From NCBI RefSeq assembly GCF_000406145.1, contig NZ_CM001976.1, positions 3,704,232 through 3,736,231 of the forward strand: a stretch of DNA of 32,000 bases. Direction: 5' to 3'. Source of the stretch: Dickeya dadantii NCPPB 898. GTDB lineage: Bacteria; Pseudomonadota; Gammaproteobacteria; Enterobacterales; Enterobacteriaceae. Below are positions 8,662 to 16,206 of the stretch, in pieces. Positions within the stretch are counted from its first letter, which is position 1, and each line of letters begins with the position of its first letter. Below the pieces are notes generated by a model. That model did no database searches. It was given only the letters and a program-made list of their open reading frames with translations, and was not told where the DNA came from. Made by a program: the position numbers and the translations under genes.

Positions 8662-9501
8662 TTAACGCTGCTCCAGTTCATCCAGTTGCAGGTAAAGATC
8701 GGCAATATCGTGAATGCGCTGACGGCCGTCCGCCAGCATCTGATGCAGCAACGCATTGCTGATCAGGTTAACCAGACTCATGGCGCTGGCGTAGCTGTCA
8801 AAAGCCGACACGCTGTCCAGCGGCGCGGTCAGCGACCAGGTCGCCAACGGCGGCAGCGTATGCGCCTGCGGTTCGCACAGCAGCAGCACCGGAATCTGCC
8901 GGGTGCGCAAGTGCTGCAACAGCGGCAGGATCAGCCGCGGACGGCGACGGAACGCCACCACCACCACCACATCCTGCTCATCCAGATCCGCCAGTTCCTC
9001 CGCCAGCGTCTGGCCGGGTTGCGCCAGCAGCGGCACCGCTGGGCGGATTTGCAGCAGTTGCTGGCGCAGATGCAACGCTACCGGATAGCTGTTGCGCAGC
9101 CCGAGCACACAGACGCGCCGCGCCTGCTGCAACGCCGCGATCAGCGCGCCGAACTGCTGTGGATCGATCTGGTTGACCCACTGCGTCAGGTTAGCCATTT
9201 CCTGCTTGTAATGGCGCGACAGCAGGGTGTTGCCCTGCACCGCGTCGCGGTTATCCGTCAGCGGCATGCCGCTCTGGCGCAGGGTGCGCAGCTCATCGCG
9301 CATCTCCCGGTAGCTGGGGTAACCCAGGCGGCGGAACAGGCGGCTGACCGTGGCTTTGGACACGCCGCTCAGCCGCGCCAGCTCGGCGCTGTTATAGCTA
9401 ATGAGGTCGTCTAAATGGTCAAAGATAAATTCCGCCACCCGCTGTTCCTGCGGCGACAGTTCGCTGTACTGGCTGCGTAACCGTTCATCAATCTGCTTCA
9501 T
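8662..9501 (-). CDS. hpxU: RpiR-family transcriptional regulator (HTH_6 + SIS domain)
   Basis: MKQIDERLRSQYSELSPQEQRVAEFIFDHLDDLISYNSAELARLSGVSKATVSRLFRRLGY... is followed by a SIS-like C-terminal half. ATG 9501 has AAGGA 5 nt upstream. The track ORF starts at a GTG at 9516. Confidence 0.85.
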   Translation of the reverse strand: MKQIDERLRSQYSELSPQEQRVAEFIFDHLDDLISYNSAELARLSGVSKATVSRLFRRLGYPSYREMRDELRTLRQSGMPLTDNRDAVQGNTLLSRHYKQEMANLTQWVNQIDPQQFGALIAALQQARRVCVLGLRNSYPVALHLRQQLLQIRPAVPLLAQPGQTLAEELADLDEQDVVVVVAFRRRPRLILPLLQHLRTRQIPVLLLCEPQAHTLPPLATWSLTAPLDSVSAFDSYASAMSLVNLISNALLHQMLADGRQRIHDIADLYLQLDELEQR

Positions 9502-9605
9502 GCCTGTCCTTGTCACTTTTTGCGCTCTGTAACTTTTGTTTCACCCTTTCGGCGTTATGCTGAACATAGCATATAACCGTCGGCCGACGACAAGCAGAAA
9601 AAAAG

Positions 9606-9621
9606 ATGGAACAGCTTTTGC
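9606..9621 (+). promoter_or_regulatory. Candidate sigma54 promoter for hpxWXYZ
   Basis: TGGAACagcttTTGCT has correct GG-N10-GC spacing and one mismatch in the -24 element. It lies 44 nt upstream of the hpxW ATG. Confidence 0.45.
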
Positions 9622-9664
9622 TTAGCATCGACCACCCTACCGTCTAACAAGAGCCTTATTACTC

Positions 9665-11254
9665 ATGATGCAAAGCAATATCGCCCCATCGGGCATGGCG
9701 GTCACGCCGCATCATCTTGCCAGTGCCAGCGCGCAGCGTATTTTGCGCGCCGGAGGCAATGCCATCGAAGCGATGGTCGCCGCCGCGGCCGCCATTGCGG
9801 TGGTCTACCCACACATGAACAGCCTGGGCGGCGATGGCTTCTGGCTGATTGTGCCGCCGCAGGGCGACCCGATCGCCATCGACGCCAGCGGCGCGGCCGG
9901 TTCGCTGGCGACCCGCGCCTTATATGCGGGGGAAAACCGCATTCCGCACCGCGGCCCGACCGCGGCGCTCACCGTAGCCGGCACCGTGGGCGGCTGGCAG
10001 GAAGCGCTGACCTACGCCGCCGAGCTGGACATCAACCGCCCGCTGCCGCTCGCCACCCTGCTGGAAGACGCCATCGGTTACGCCCGCCACGGCATTCCGG
10101 TCACCCAGTCGCAGGAAGACGCGCTGATTAACCGCGGCCACGAACTGAGCGATTTCGCCGAATTCTGCCGCGTATTCATGCCGCAGGGCGAGATCCCGCG
10201 TACCGGCAGCCGTTTTACCCAACCGGACCTCGCCGACACGCTGCAACAACTGGCGCAGGACGGGCTGGACAGCTTTTACCGCGGCGCGCTGGCGGCGCGC
10301 ATGACGGCACAAATGGCGGAACTGGGCATGCCGGTCACCGCCGACGATCTGGCGAATTACCGCGCCCGCCGTACCGTGCCGCTGGTGCTGAAACACAGCA
10401 AAGGCGAGGTGTTTAATCTGGCGCCGCCGACGCAGGGACTGGTGTCGCTGGCGATTCTGGGCATCACCGACCGTCTGGGGATGGAAGACCTCAGCGACAG
10501 CCAGACCATACACCGCGTGGTGGAAGCCACCAAGCTGGCTTTCAGGCTGCGCGACAAATACATCACCGACCCGAAACGGATCACCCAGGATATCCAGGCG
10601 CTGTTATCCACCGGCCATCTGGATATGTTGAGCAAGCATGTTGACACCCGCACCGCCGCGCCCTGGGGGCAAGGCAAGGGGCCGGGCGACACCGTCTGGC
10701 TGGGCGTGTGCGATCGCCACGGCCTGTCGGTGTCGTTTATCCAGAGCCTCTATCACGAATTCGGCAGCGGCATGGTGCTGCCGGGCACCGGCGTGCTGTG
10801 GCAGAACCGCGGCGCCTCCTTCAGTCTGGACCCGGCCCACTTGCTAGCGCTGGAGCCGGGCAAGCAGCCGTTTCACACCCTCAACCCGGCGGCGGCGCGA
10901 CTGTCTGACGGACGAACCATGGTGTACGGCTCAATGGGCGGCGACGGTCAGCCGCAGACGCAGGCGGCGCTGTTCATCCGCCATGTGATACAGGGCGTGC
11001 CGCTGCAACAGGCGATTACCGCGCCGCGCTGGCTGCTGGGCCGCACCTGGGGCCAGTCTTCCGACACGCTGAAACTGGAAGATCGCTTTACGCCGGCCAC
11101 CGTCGAAGCGCTGCATACGCTGGGTCACGATGTGGAACTGCTCGGCGGATTCAGTGAAACCGTCGGCCACGCCGGCGCTATCGTCCGCCATGCCAACGGC
11201 ATGCTGGAAGGCGCCAGCGACCCGCGCAGCAACGGCAGCGCCGCCGGGTTTTAA
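9665..11254 (+). CDS. hpxW: Gamma-glutamyltranspeptidase-family Ntn hydrolase, oxamate amidohydrolase type
   Basis: The 529-aa ORF is GGT-like throughout (SLGGDGFWL..., autoprocessing/nucleophile context GPGDTVWLGVCD, C-terminal GGDGQPQ..SDPRS.G.A.G). Its position ahead of hpxXYZ matches Klebsiella. Confidence 0.8.
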   Translation: MMQSNIAPSGMAVTPHHLASASAQRILRAGGNAIEAMVAAAAAIAVVYPHMNSLGGDGFWLIVPPQGDPIAIDASGAAGSLATRALYAGENRIPHRGPTAALTVAGTVGGWQEALTYAAELDINRPLPLATLLEDAIGYARHGIPVTQSQEDALINRGHELSDFAEFCRVFMPQGEIPRTGSRFTQPDLADTLQQLAQDGLDSFYRGALAARMTAQMAELGMPVTADDLANYRARRTVPLVLKHSKGEVFNLAPPTQGLVSLAILGITDRLGMEDLSDSQTIHRVVEATKLAFRLRDKYITDPKRITQDIQALLSTGHLDMLSKHVDTRTAAPWGQGKGPGDTVWLGVCDRHGLSVSFIQSLYHEFGSGMVLPGTGVLWQNRGASFSLDPAHLLALEPGKQPFHTLNPAAARLSDGRTMVYGSMGGDGQPQTQAALFIRHVIQGVPLQQAITAPRWLLGRTWGQSSDTLKLEDRFTPATVEALHTLGHDVELLGGFSETVGHAGAIVRHANGMLEGASDPRSNGSAAGF

Positions 11255-11298
11255 TCTCACTATCTTGCTAATCTCACACCCCGATAAGGTCTTCACTT

Positions 11299-11496
11299 AT
11301 GGAACATAGGGATATCGATCAGGACGCGCTGGCCGCGTACCTGCAACAGATGGAAATTCTGTTGCAACTGGATCTGGATGATGCCCGTCGCCAGGAACTG
11401 CATGTACAATTCACACGCATCGCCGCGATGGCGCAGCCGCTGATGGCGTTCCCGCTGGACGAACGTCAGGAAGTGGCGGGGGTATACCGGCCATGA
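11299..11496 (+). CDS. hpxX: Small acidic helical protein, AtzG/GatC-like putative amidase accessory subunit
   Basis: The 65-aa ORF is [69 protein letters not shown] lies about 9 nt upstream. Its stop overlaps the ATG of the amidase gene as ATGA (11493..11496). Confidence 0.65.
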   Translation: MEHRDIDQDALAAYLQQMEILLQLDLDDARRQELHVQFTRIAAMAQPLMAFPLDERQEVAGVYRP

Positions 11497-12905
11497 ACCC
11501 CGCTCAGCTGTCCATCCGTGCGTTGCAGGCCGAGCTGGCGGCCGGCCACCTTTCCGCCGCCGATATCGCCCGCGACACGCTGGCGCGCATCGAAAACGAC
11601 AATCCGGCGATCAACGCGTATACCGGCGTCACGGCGCAGCGTATGCAGGCGGAAGCCGCCGACATCGACCGCAAGCGTCGTCAGGGAGAAACGCTGCCCG
11701 CGCTGGCGGCGGTGCCCTACGCGGTGAAAAACCTGTTTGACGTCGCCGGCGAAACCACGCTGGCCGGCGCCAGACTGTTCAGCCAGCGCGCGCCGGCCGC
11801 TCAGGACGCATTTGCGGTGCGCCAGTTGCGGTCCAGCGGCGCGCTGCTGTCCGGGTTGCTGAACATGGATGCTTACGCCTACGGTTTTACCACCGAAAAC
11901 AGCCACTACGGCGCCACCCGCAACCCGCACGATCTGACGCGCATCGCCGGCGGCTCCTCCGGCGGCTCGGCTGCGGCGGTGGCGGCCGGGCTGGTGAATT
12001 TCTCGCTCGGCAGCGACACCAACGGTTCGATCCGCGTCCCCGCTTCGCTGTGCGGCATCTTTGGGTTGAAACCCACCTTCGGACGCCTGTCGCGCCACGG
12101 CACCCAGCCGTTTGTCGGCAGTCTCGATCACATCGGCCCGCTGGCGCGCAGCGCCGACGATCTGGCGCGGGTGTATGACGCGCTGCTGGGGCTCGATCCG
12201 GCGGATCGGTTCCAGGCGGATCAACCGTTGCGATCAACCGTCGCCTCGCTGGCGAACGAGGCGCCGCTGCGCAGCCGGGTGCTGGGCGGCTACTTCGCGC
12301 AGTGGTGCGATGAACAGGCCGCCGCCGCCGTGCAACAGGTGGCCACCGCCCTGCAAGCCGATGACGACGCGGTGCTGGACAACGCCGCGCTGGCGCGCAC
12401 GGCGGCGTTTATTGTTTCCGCCAGCGAAGGCGGCAACCAGTATCTGCCCGCGCTGCGCGCCACGCCGGGTCTGTTTGAACCGCTCTCCCGCGAACGGCTG
12501 CTGGCCGGGGCGATGATCCCGGCCGCCTGGTACGTGCAGGCGCAGCGTTTCCGCGATCATTTCCGCCGCGACGTGCTGGTGCTGTTCGCCGATACCGATC
12601 TGTTGATCGCCCCGGCCACGCCGTGCCCGGCGACATCGATCGGTCAGGACACCATGCGTATCAACCACACCGATTTACCGATCCGCGCCAGCATGGGTAT
12701 GCTGACCCAGCCGATTTCGTTCGTCGGCCTGCCGGTAGTGACGGTGCCGTTGGCGACCGCCAGCGGCCTGCCGATTGGCGTGCAACTGATTGCCGCGCCG
12801 TGGCGGGAAGACGTCGCGCTGCGCGCCGCCTGGCGCCTGGAACAGCTCGGCATCGCCCGGGTTTTGCCGCCCGCATCCCTTAATTCACAAGGAGCTTCTG
12901 TATGA
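11493..12905 (+). CDS. hpxY: Amidase-signature enzyme, AtzE/GatA-like
   Basis: The 470-aa ORF carries the AS signature [49 protein letters not shown] and the Lys context [10 protein letters not shown]. It is ATGA-coupled on both sides. Confidence 0.85.
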   Translation: MNPAQLSIRALQAELAAGHLSAADIARDTLARIENDNPAINAYTGVTAQRMQAEAADIDRKRRQGETLPALAAVPYAVKNLFDVAGETTLAGARLFSQRAPAAQDAFAVRQLRSSGALLSGLLNMDAYAYGFTTENSHYGATRNPHDLTRIAGGSSGGSAAAVAAGLVNFSLGSDTNGSIRVPASLCGIFGLKPTFGRLSRHGTQPFVGSLDHIGPLARSADDLARVYDALLGLDPADRFQADQPLRSTVASLANEAPLRSRVLGGYFAQWCDEQAAAAVQQVATALQADDDAVLDNAALARTAAFIVSASEGGNQYLPALRATPGLFEPLSRERLLAGAMIPAAWYVQAQRFRDHFRRDVLVLFADTDLLIAPATPCPATSIGQDTMRINHTDLPIRASMGMLTQPISFVGLPVVTVPLATASGLPIGVQLIAAPWREDVALRAAWRLEQLGIARVLPPASLNSQGASV

Positions 12906-13282
12906 CACCCGAGATCAATCTGCCTGACGTGCTGGCCGAGGTCACCACCGCCTTTTACCGCTACGAAAAGGCGCTGACCGGCAACGACATCGAGGTATTG
13001 GACGCGCTGTTCTGGCATGACGAACGCACGGTGCGCTACGGCGCCTCGGAAAACTTGTACGGCATTGAACAGATCCGCGCTTTTCGCGCCGCCCGCCCGT
13101 CGGCCGGGCTGGATCGTCAGTTGCAAAACACGGTGATCACCACCTACGGCCGCGATACGGCGGTCGCCAGCACCGAATTTCGTCGTGAAGGCAGCGAGAA
13201 AATCGGTCGTCAGATGCAAACCTGGCTGCGTACCGAACAAGGCTGGCGGATCGTGGCGGCTCATGTGAGCCTGATGGTGTAA
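12902..13282 (+). CDS. hpxZ: NTF2/SnoaL-like small protein, AtzH-like (DUF3225-type)
   Basis: The 126-aa ORF is ...[49 protein letters not shown]...[12 protein letters not shown]. Its ATG overlaps the hpxY stop as ATGA (12902..12905). Confidence 0.7.
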   Translation: MTPEINLPDVLAEVTTAFYRYEKALTGNDIEVLDALFWHDERTVRYGASENLYGIEQIRAFRAARPSAGLDRQLQNTVITTYGRDTAVASTEFRREGSEKIGRQMQTWLRTEQGWRIVAAHVSLMV

Positions 13283-13294
13283 CGAACGGAACCG

Positions 13295-13327
13295 CGGATA
13301 GCCGGTATGTGTTTTACCGGCTATCCG
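13295..13327 (+). terminator. Strong hairpin 13 nt after the hpxZ stop (12-bp perfect stem, no trailing U-tract)
   Basis: cggatagccggt-atgtgtttt-accggctatccg. The U residues are in the loop, not 3' of the stem, so intrinsic-terminator function is uncertain. Confidence 0.4.
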
Positions 13328-13407
13328 GATGCGCTAACGGGAGGCTGTCGCGGCGGCGAGCATCCCGGCAAGTAATAACACCCGCAGGTATCGTGAAACA
13401 CAAAGAA

Positions 13408-13443
13408 GCCGGACAATGAAATCTATCGGTGACATTGTCCGGC
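13408..13443 (-). terminator. Candidate intrinsic terminator of hpxSAB
   Basis: An 11-bp perfect stem gccggacaatg / cattgtccggc with a 14-nt loop. On the minus strand it is followed by ttctttgtgtttc. It lies about 130 nt downstream of the hpxB stop. Confidence 0.45.
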
Positions 13444-13534
13444 AGGGAGATTGTCTGGCGAAAACAGACGGTAGATAAAACGATATTGGCTGAAAGCGGT
13501 AAACGCGCCATCGCTACTATCTACTATTAGTAGC

Positions 13535-13572
13535 GTCTCTATCGTCTCTATCGTCTCTATACGTATCTATCG
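13535..13572. repeat. Short tandem repeat, 9-bp unit GTCTCTATC x3 plus a degenerate fourth copy
   Basis: gtctctatc gtctctatc gtctctata cgtatctatcg ends 3 nt from the hpxB stop codon. It is preceded by the inverted repeat gctacta-N8-tagtagc (13513..13534). Confidence 0.8.
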
Positions 13573-13574
13573 CC

Positions 13575-14522
13575 TCAGGCCGGATATGGATGCGTCCGAT
13601 ACCAGTGTTCGGCGATATCCTGACGGCGACAAACCCACACCCGCTCGTGCTGCTGGATGTAATCAAGGAAACGCTGCAACGCCCGGAAACGCCCCGGCCG
13701 CCCCAGCAGGCGACAGTGCATGCCGATAGACATCATTTTCGGCGCCTCATCCCCTTCGGCGTACAGCACGTCAAAGCTGTCCTTCAGATAGCTGAAAAAC
13801 TGTTCGCCGCTGTTGAACCCCTGCGGTGAGGCAAAGCGCATGTCGTTAGCATCCAGCGTATAGGGAACGATCAGGTGCGGCCGCACCCCGCCGTCCACTT
13901 GCCGCACCGGCAGCCAGAAGGGCAGATCGTCGCCGTAGTAGTCGCTGTCGTACAGGAAACCGCCCTGCTCCAGCACCAGTTGCCGGGTGTGGGGGCTGTC
14001 GCGCCCGGTGTACCAACCCAGCGGCGGCTGGCCGAACAATTCCGTGTGCGCCGCAATCGCCTGTTGCAAATGCGCGCGCTCGGTGTCGATATCCATATTC
14101 TGGTAGTGAATCCAGCGCCAGCCGTGGCTGACCACGTCATAGTCCGCCGCTCTGATGGCTTCGACCACCGCCGGGTTGCGCGCCAGCGCCATCGCCACGC
14201 CGAACACCGTCAGCGGCAAGCCGCGGCGCTGAAATTCCTGATGAATACGCCAGAAACCGGCGCGGGAACCGTATTCATAGAGCGAATCCATCGACATGTG
14301 CCGCGCCGGGTAGCTGGCGGCGCCGATAATATCGGACAGAAACTGCTCGGAACCGGCGTCGCCGTGCAGCACATGGTTTTCTGCCCCTTCTTCGTAATTG
14401 AGCACAAACTGCACCGCGATACGCGCCTGTCCGGGCCAGCGGGCGTGCGGCGGCTTACCGGCATAGCCTATCAGGTCGCGCGGGTAGTCAGGGTCTGAAC
14501 CCCATTGCTGAGAGAGTGTCAT
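13575..14522 (-). CDS. hpxB: Allantoinase, metal-independent PuuE type (polysaccharide deacetylase fold)
   Basis: The 315-aa ORF reads ...RIAVQFVLNYEEGAENHVLHGD...SHGWRWIHY...PYTLDANDMRF...IGMHCRLLGRPGR..., characteristic PuuE motifs. Confidence 0.85.
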   Translation of the reverse strand: MTLSQQWGSDPDYPRDLIGYAGKPPHARWPGQARIAVQFVLNYEEGAENHVLHGDAGSEQFLSDIIGAASYPARHMSMDSLYEYGSRAGFWRIHQEFQRRGLPLTVFGVAMALARNPAVVEAIRAADYDVVSHGWRWIHYQNMDIDTERAHLQQAIAAHTELFGQPPLGWYTGRDSPHTRQLVLEQGGFLYDSDYYGDDLPFWLPVRQVDGGVRPHLIVPYTLDANDMRFASPQGFNSGEQFFSYLKDSFDVLYAEGDEAPKMMSIGMHCRLLGRPGRFRALQRFLDYIQQHERVWVCRRQDIAEHWYRTHPYPA

Positions 14523-14576
14523 GATTTCTTTCCTGAATTGATATGACCGCCACGGTACGGCGTTACACGCCGCCGA

Positions 14577-15314
14577 TTAACGCAACGTTCCGAATGCGCC
14601 GGTCAACGGTTTGTCCAACGGATAGTCAAGATCGCCGTGTTTGCTGGTAGTCAGCCCCAACCCAACCAGCGACTCCACCATTTTCACCGCCGCGCCCACG
14701 CCGTCGATAACCGGAATTCCCAGCTCCTGCGTCAACGCCTGCGCCAAATCGGCCATACCGCCGCAGCCAAGCACAATGGCGCCGGATCCATCCTGCCGCT
14801 TCGCCTGTATACACATTTCCCGCACCTTGTGCTGCGCCAGCCCCTGACCGTCTTCCAGCGCCAACACCGGCAGGTCGATAGCGTGCAGCGCGGCGCAGTG
14901 ATGTTCAAAGCCGTAACGCTGCAACAGGTGACGGGCGATGATCAGCGTGCGCGGTAGCGTGGTGACGATGGAAAAGCGTGTCGCCACCAGCGTCGCCAGG
15001 TGCATCGCCGCTTCGGCAATGCCCACCACCGGCGCACACGCCAGCTCTCGCGCCGCCAGCAGACCGGGGTCGCCAAAGCAGGCGATGACATGGCCGCTGA
15101 CGCCCTGCTCGCGGCCCAGCCGAACCTGCTCCAGTACCCCGATAGCCGCTACCGCTTCGTCAAAATGCCCTTCGATCGACGGCACACCCTGCGACGGGCA
15201 TACCGCCAGAATGTCGGTGCCGGACGCCGCCGCTCGCCGCGCCGCCTCACCGATGGTTTCGGTCATCGCCAGGCTAGTGTTGGGGTTGATCACCTGAATC
15301 ACGCATCGGCTCAT
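14577..15314 (-). CDS. hpxA: Allantoin racemase (Asp/Glu/hydantoin racemase family)
   Basis: The 245-aa ORF reads VINPNTS...ACFGDPGL...LGCGGMA, with the two catalytic Cys contexts of hydantoin/allantoin racemases. Its ATG overlaps the hpxS stop as ATGA (15311..15314). Confidence 0.85.
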   Translation of the reverse strand: MSRCVIQVINPNTSLAMTETIGEAARRAAASGTDILAVCPSQGVPSIEGHFDEAVAAIGVLEQVRLGREQGVSGHVIACFGDPGLLAARELACAPVVGIAEAAMHLATLVATRFSIVTTLPRTLIIARHLLQRYGFEHHCAALHAIDLPVLALEDGQGLAQHKVREMCIQAKRQDGSGAIVLGCGGMADLAQALTQELGIPVIDGVGAAVKMVESLVGLGLTTSKHGDLDYPLDKPLTGAFGTLR

Positions 15315-16054
15315 TCGGCTTGCTCCTCGTTACTCCGACCGAGCGGCTTCAGATGGCTGAACAACCGCGAAAAATCCGGCGTGGCCGCGCCGTCGCCGTC
15401 AAAACGCAGGCTGGCGACGATGTCGTCGAAATGCTGCTGCATGGCGGTGGTTAACGCCGCCAGATCCCGGTTGCGCAGCAGCGTCAGCAAATCGTGGTGG
15501 TCGTGGCAGCGGCAGCCCTGTTGCCAGGGCGCGCCGTAGGCGGCGATCGCCAGCGACGATCTCAGCGTCAGTTGCGACACCATGCCGGTCAGCACGCTGT
15601 TGCCGGAAATCGCCTGCAACTGTATATGGAATGCGGCCGACAGGCGGATCGCTTCCGGTCCGTTGCGATCCTGATGCGCTTTCTCTTCCGCCGCCATCAG
15701 CGTCTCCAGCGCCGCCAGGTGCGGCGGCTGACAGTGCGCGATCACCACGGGCAGGTTGGCGCACTCCATCAGGCTGCGGGTCTGAAAAATCTCGCGTGCT
15801 TCTTCTACCGTCGGCGTCGCTACCTGTGCACCACGTTTGGGCAACAGCGTGACCATTTGCACCGTCGCCAAACGCTGTAGCACCTTGCGGATCCCGGTAC
15901 GGCTGACGCCGAACACCTCCGCCAGCGCTTCCTCCGGCAGGCGGGCGCCGGGCAGCAATTGATGCTCGACGATCGCGTTTAGCAACGCTTGATAGATAAC
16001 TTCATCTTTTTGCTCGAAAAATGTCTCTTTTCCAACACCGTACATATCGCTCAT
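15311..16054 (-). CDS. hpxS: GntR-family (FadR/FCD subfamily) transcriptional regulator
   Basis: An N-terminal winged HTH (...LPGARLPEEALAEVFGVSRTGIRKVLQRLA...) plus an all-helical FCD-like C-terminal domain. It is the first gene of the racemase-allantoinase operon and divergent from the permease. Confidence 0.85.
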   Translation of the reverse strand: MSDMYGVGKETFFEQKDEVIYQALLNAIVEHQLLPGARLPEEALAEVFGVSRTGIRKVLQRLATVQMVTLLPKRGAQVATPTVEEAREIFQTRSLMECANLPVVIAHCQPPHLAALETLMAAEEKAHQDRNGPEAIRLSAAFHIQLQAISGNSVLTGMVSQLTLRSSLAIAAYGAPWQQGCRCHDHHDLLTLLRNRDLAALTTAMQQHFDDIVASLRFDGDGAATPDFSRLFSHLKPLGRSNEEQAE

Positions 16055-16108
16055 CGGTTTCTTCCGTCATCACGTCCATCGCCAAATCGTACACACAAAA
16101 TAAATTTA

Positions 16109-16118
16109 TTGTATACAA
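16109..16118. promoter_or_regulatory. Candidate HpxS (GntR/FadR-type) operator
   Basis: A perfect 10-bp palindrome TTGTATACAA fitting the FadR-subfamily t.GT.N.AC.a pattern. It is centred in the hpxS/hpxC divergent region. Confidence 0.55.
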
Positions 16119-16130
16119 AATTCACCGATC

Positions 16131-16146
16131 TGGCCCAAATCCTGCA
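16131..16146 (+). promoter_or_regulatory. Candidate sigma54 promoter for hpxC
   Basis: TGGCCCaaatcCTGCA has correct GG-N10-GC spacing and matches 9 of 11 consensus positions. It lies 13 bp downstream of the palindrome and 61 nt upstream of the ATG. Confidence 0.4.
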
Positions 16147-16206
16147 ACACCCTCTTGCCTGATTTTTTTACCTTTATTTATTCGTCATCAAAAAGGAGCA
16201 GATTCC

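Noticed and set aside
13314-13511. A 65-aa minus-strand ORF in the hpxZ/hpxB spacer.
   Set aside because: It runs through both hairpins, has no RBS, and is Cys/Arg-rich with no motif. The region is better explained as terminator or structured spacer.
13535-13572. Possible CRISPR or minisatellite.
   Set aside because: The 9-bp units are directly abutting with no spacers, there are only 3-4 copies, and no cas genes are present. It is a simple tandem repeat.
14806-14813. A TGTATACA core of the GntR palindrome inside hpxA coding sequence.
   Set aside because: Only the 8-bp core matches. An 8-mer is expected about once by chance in 64 kb of two-strand sequence.
16021-16206. A 62-codon N-terminal extension of the hpxC ORF in the track (start at 16021).
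   Set aside because: It would overlap the hpxS start and read across the divergent promoter/operator region. ATG 16207 has a strong AGGAG and gives the canonical NCS1 N-terminus.
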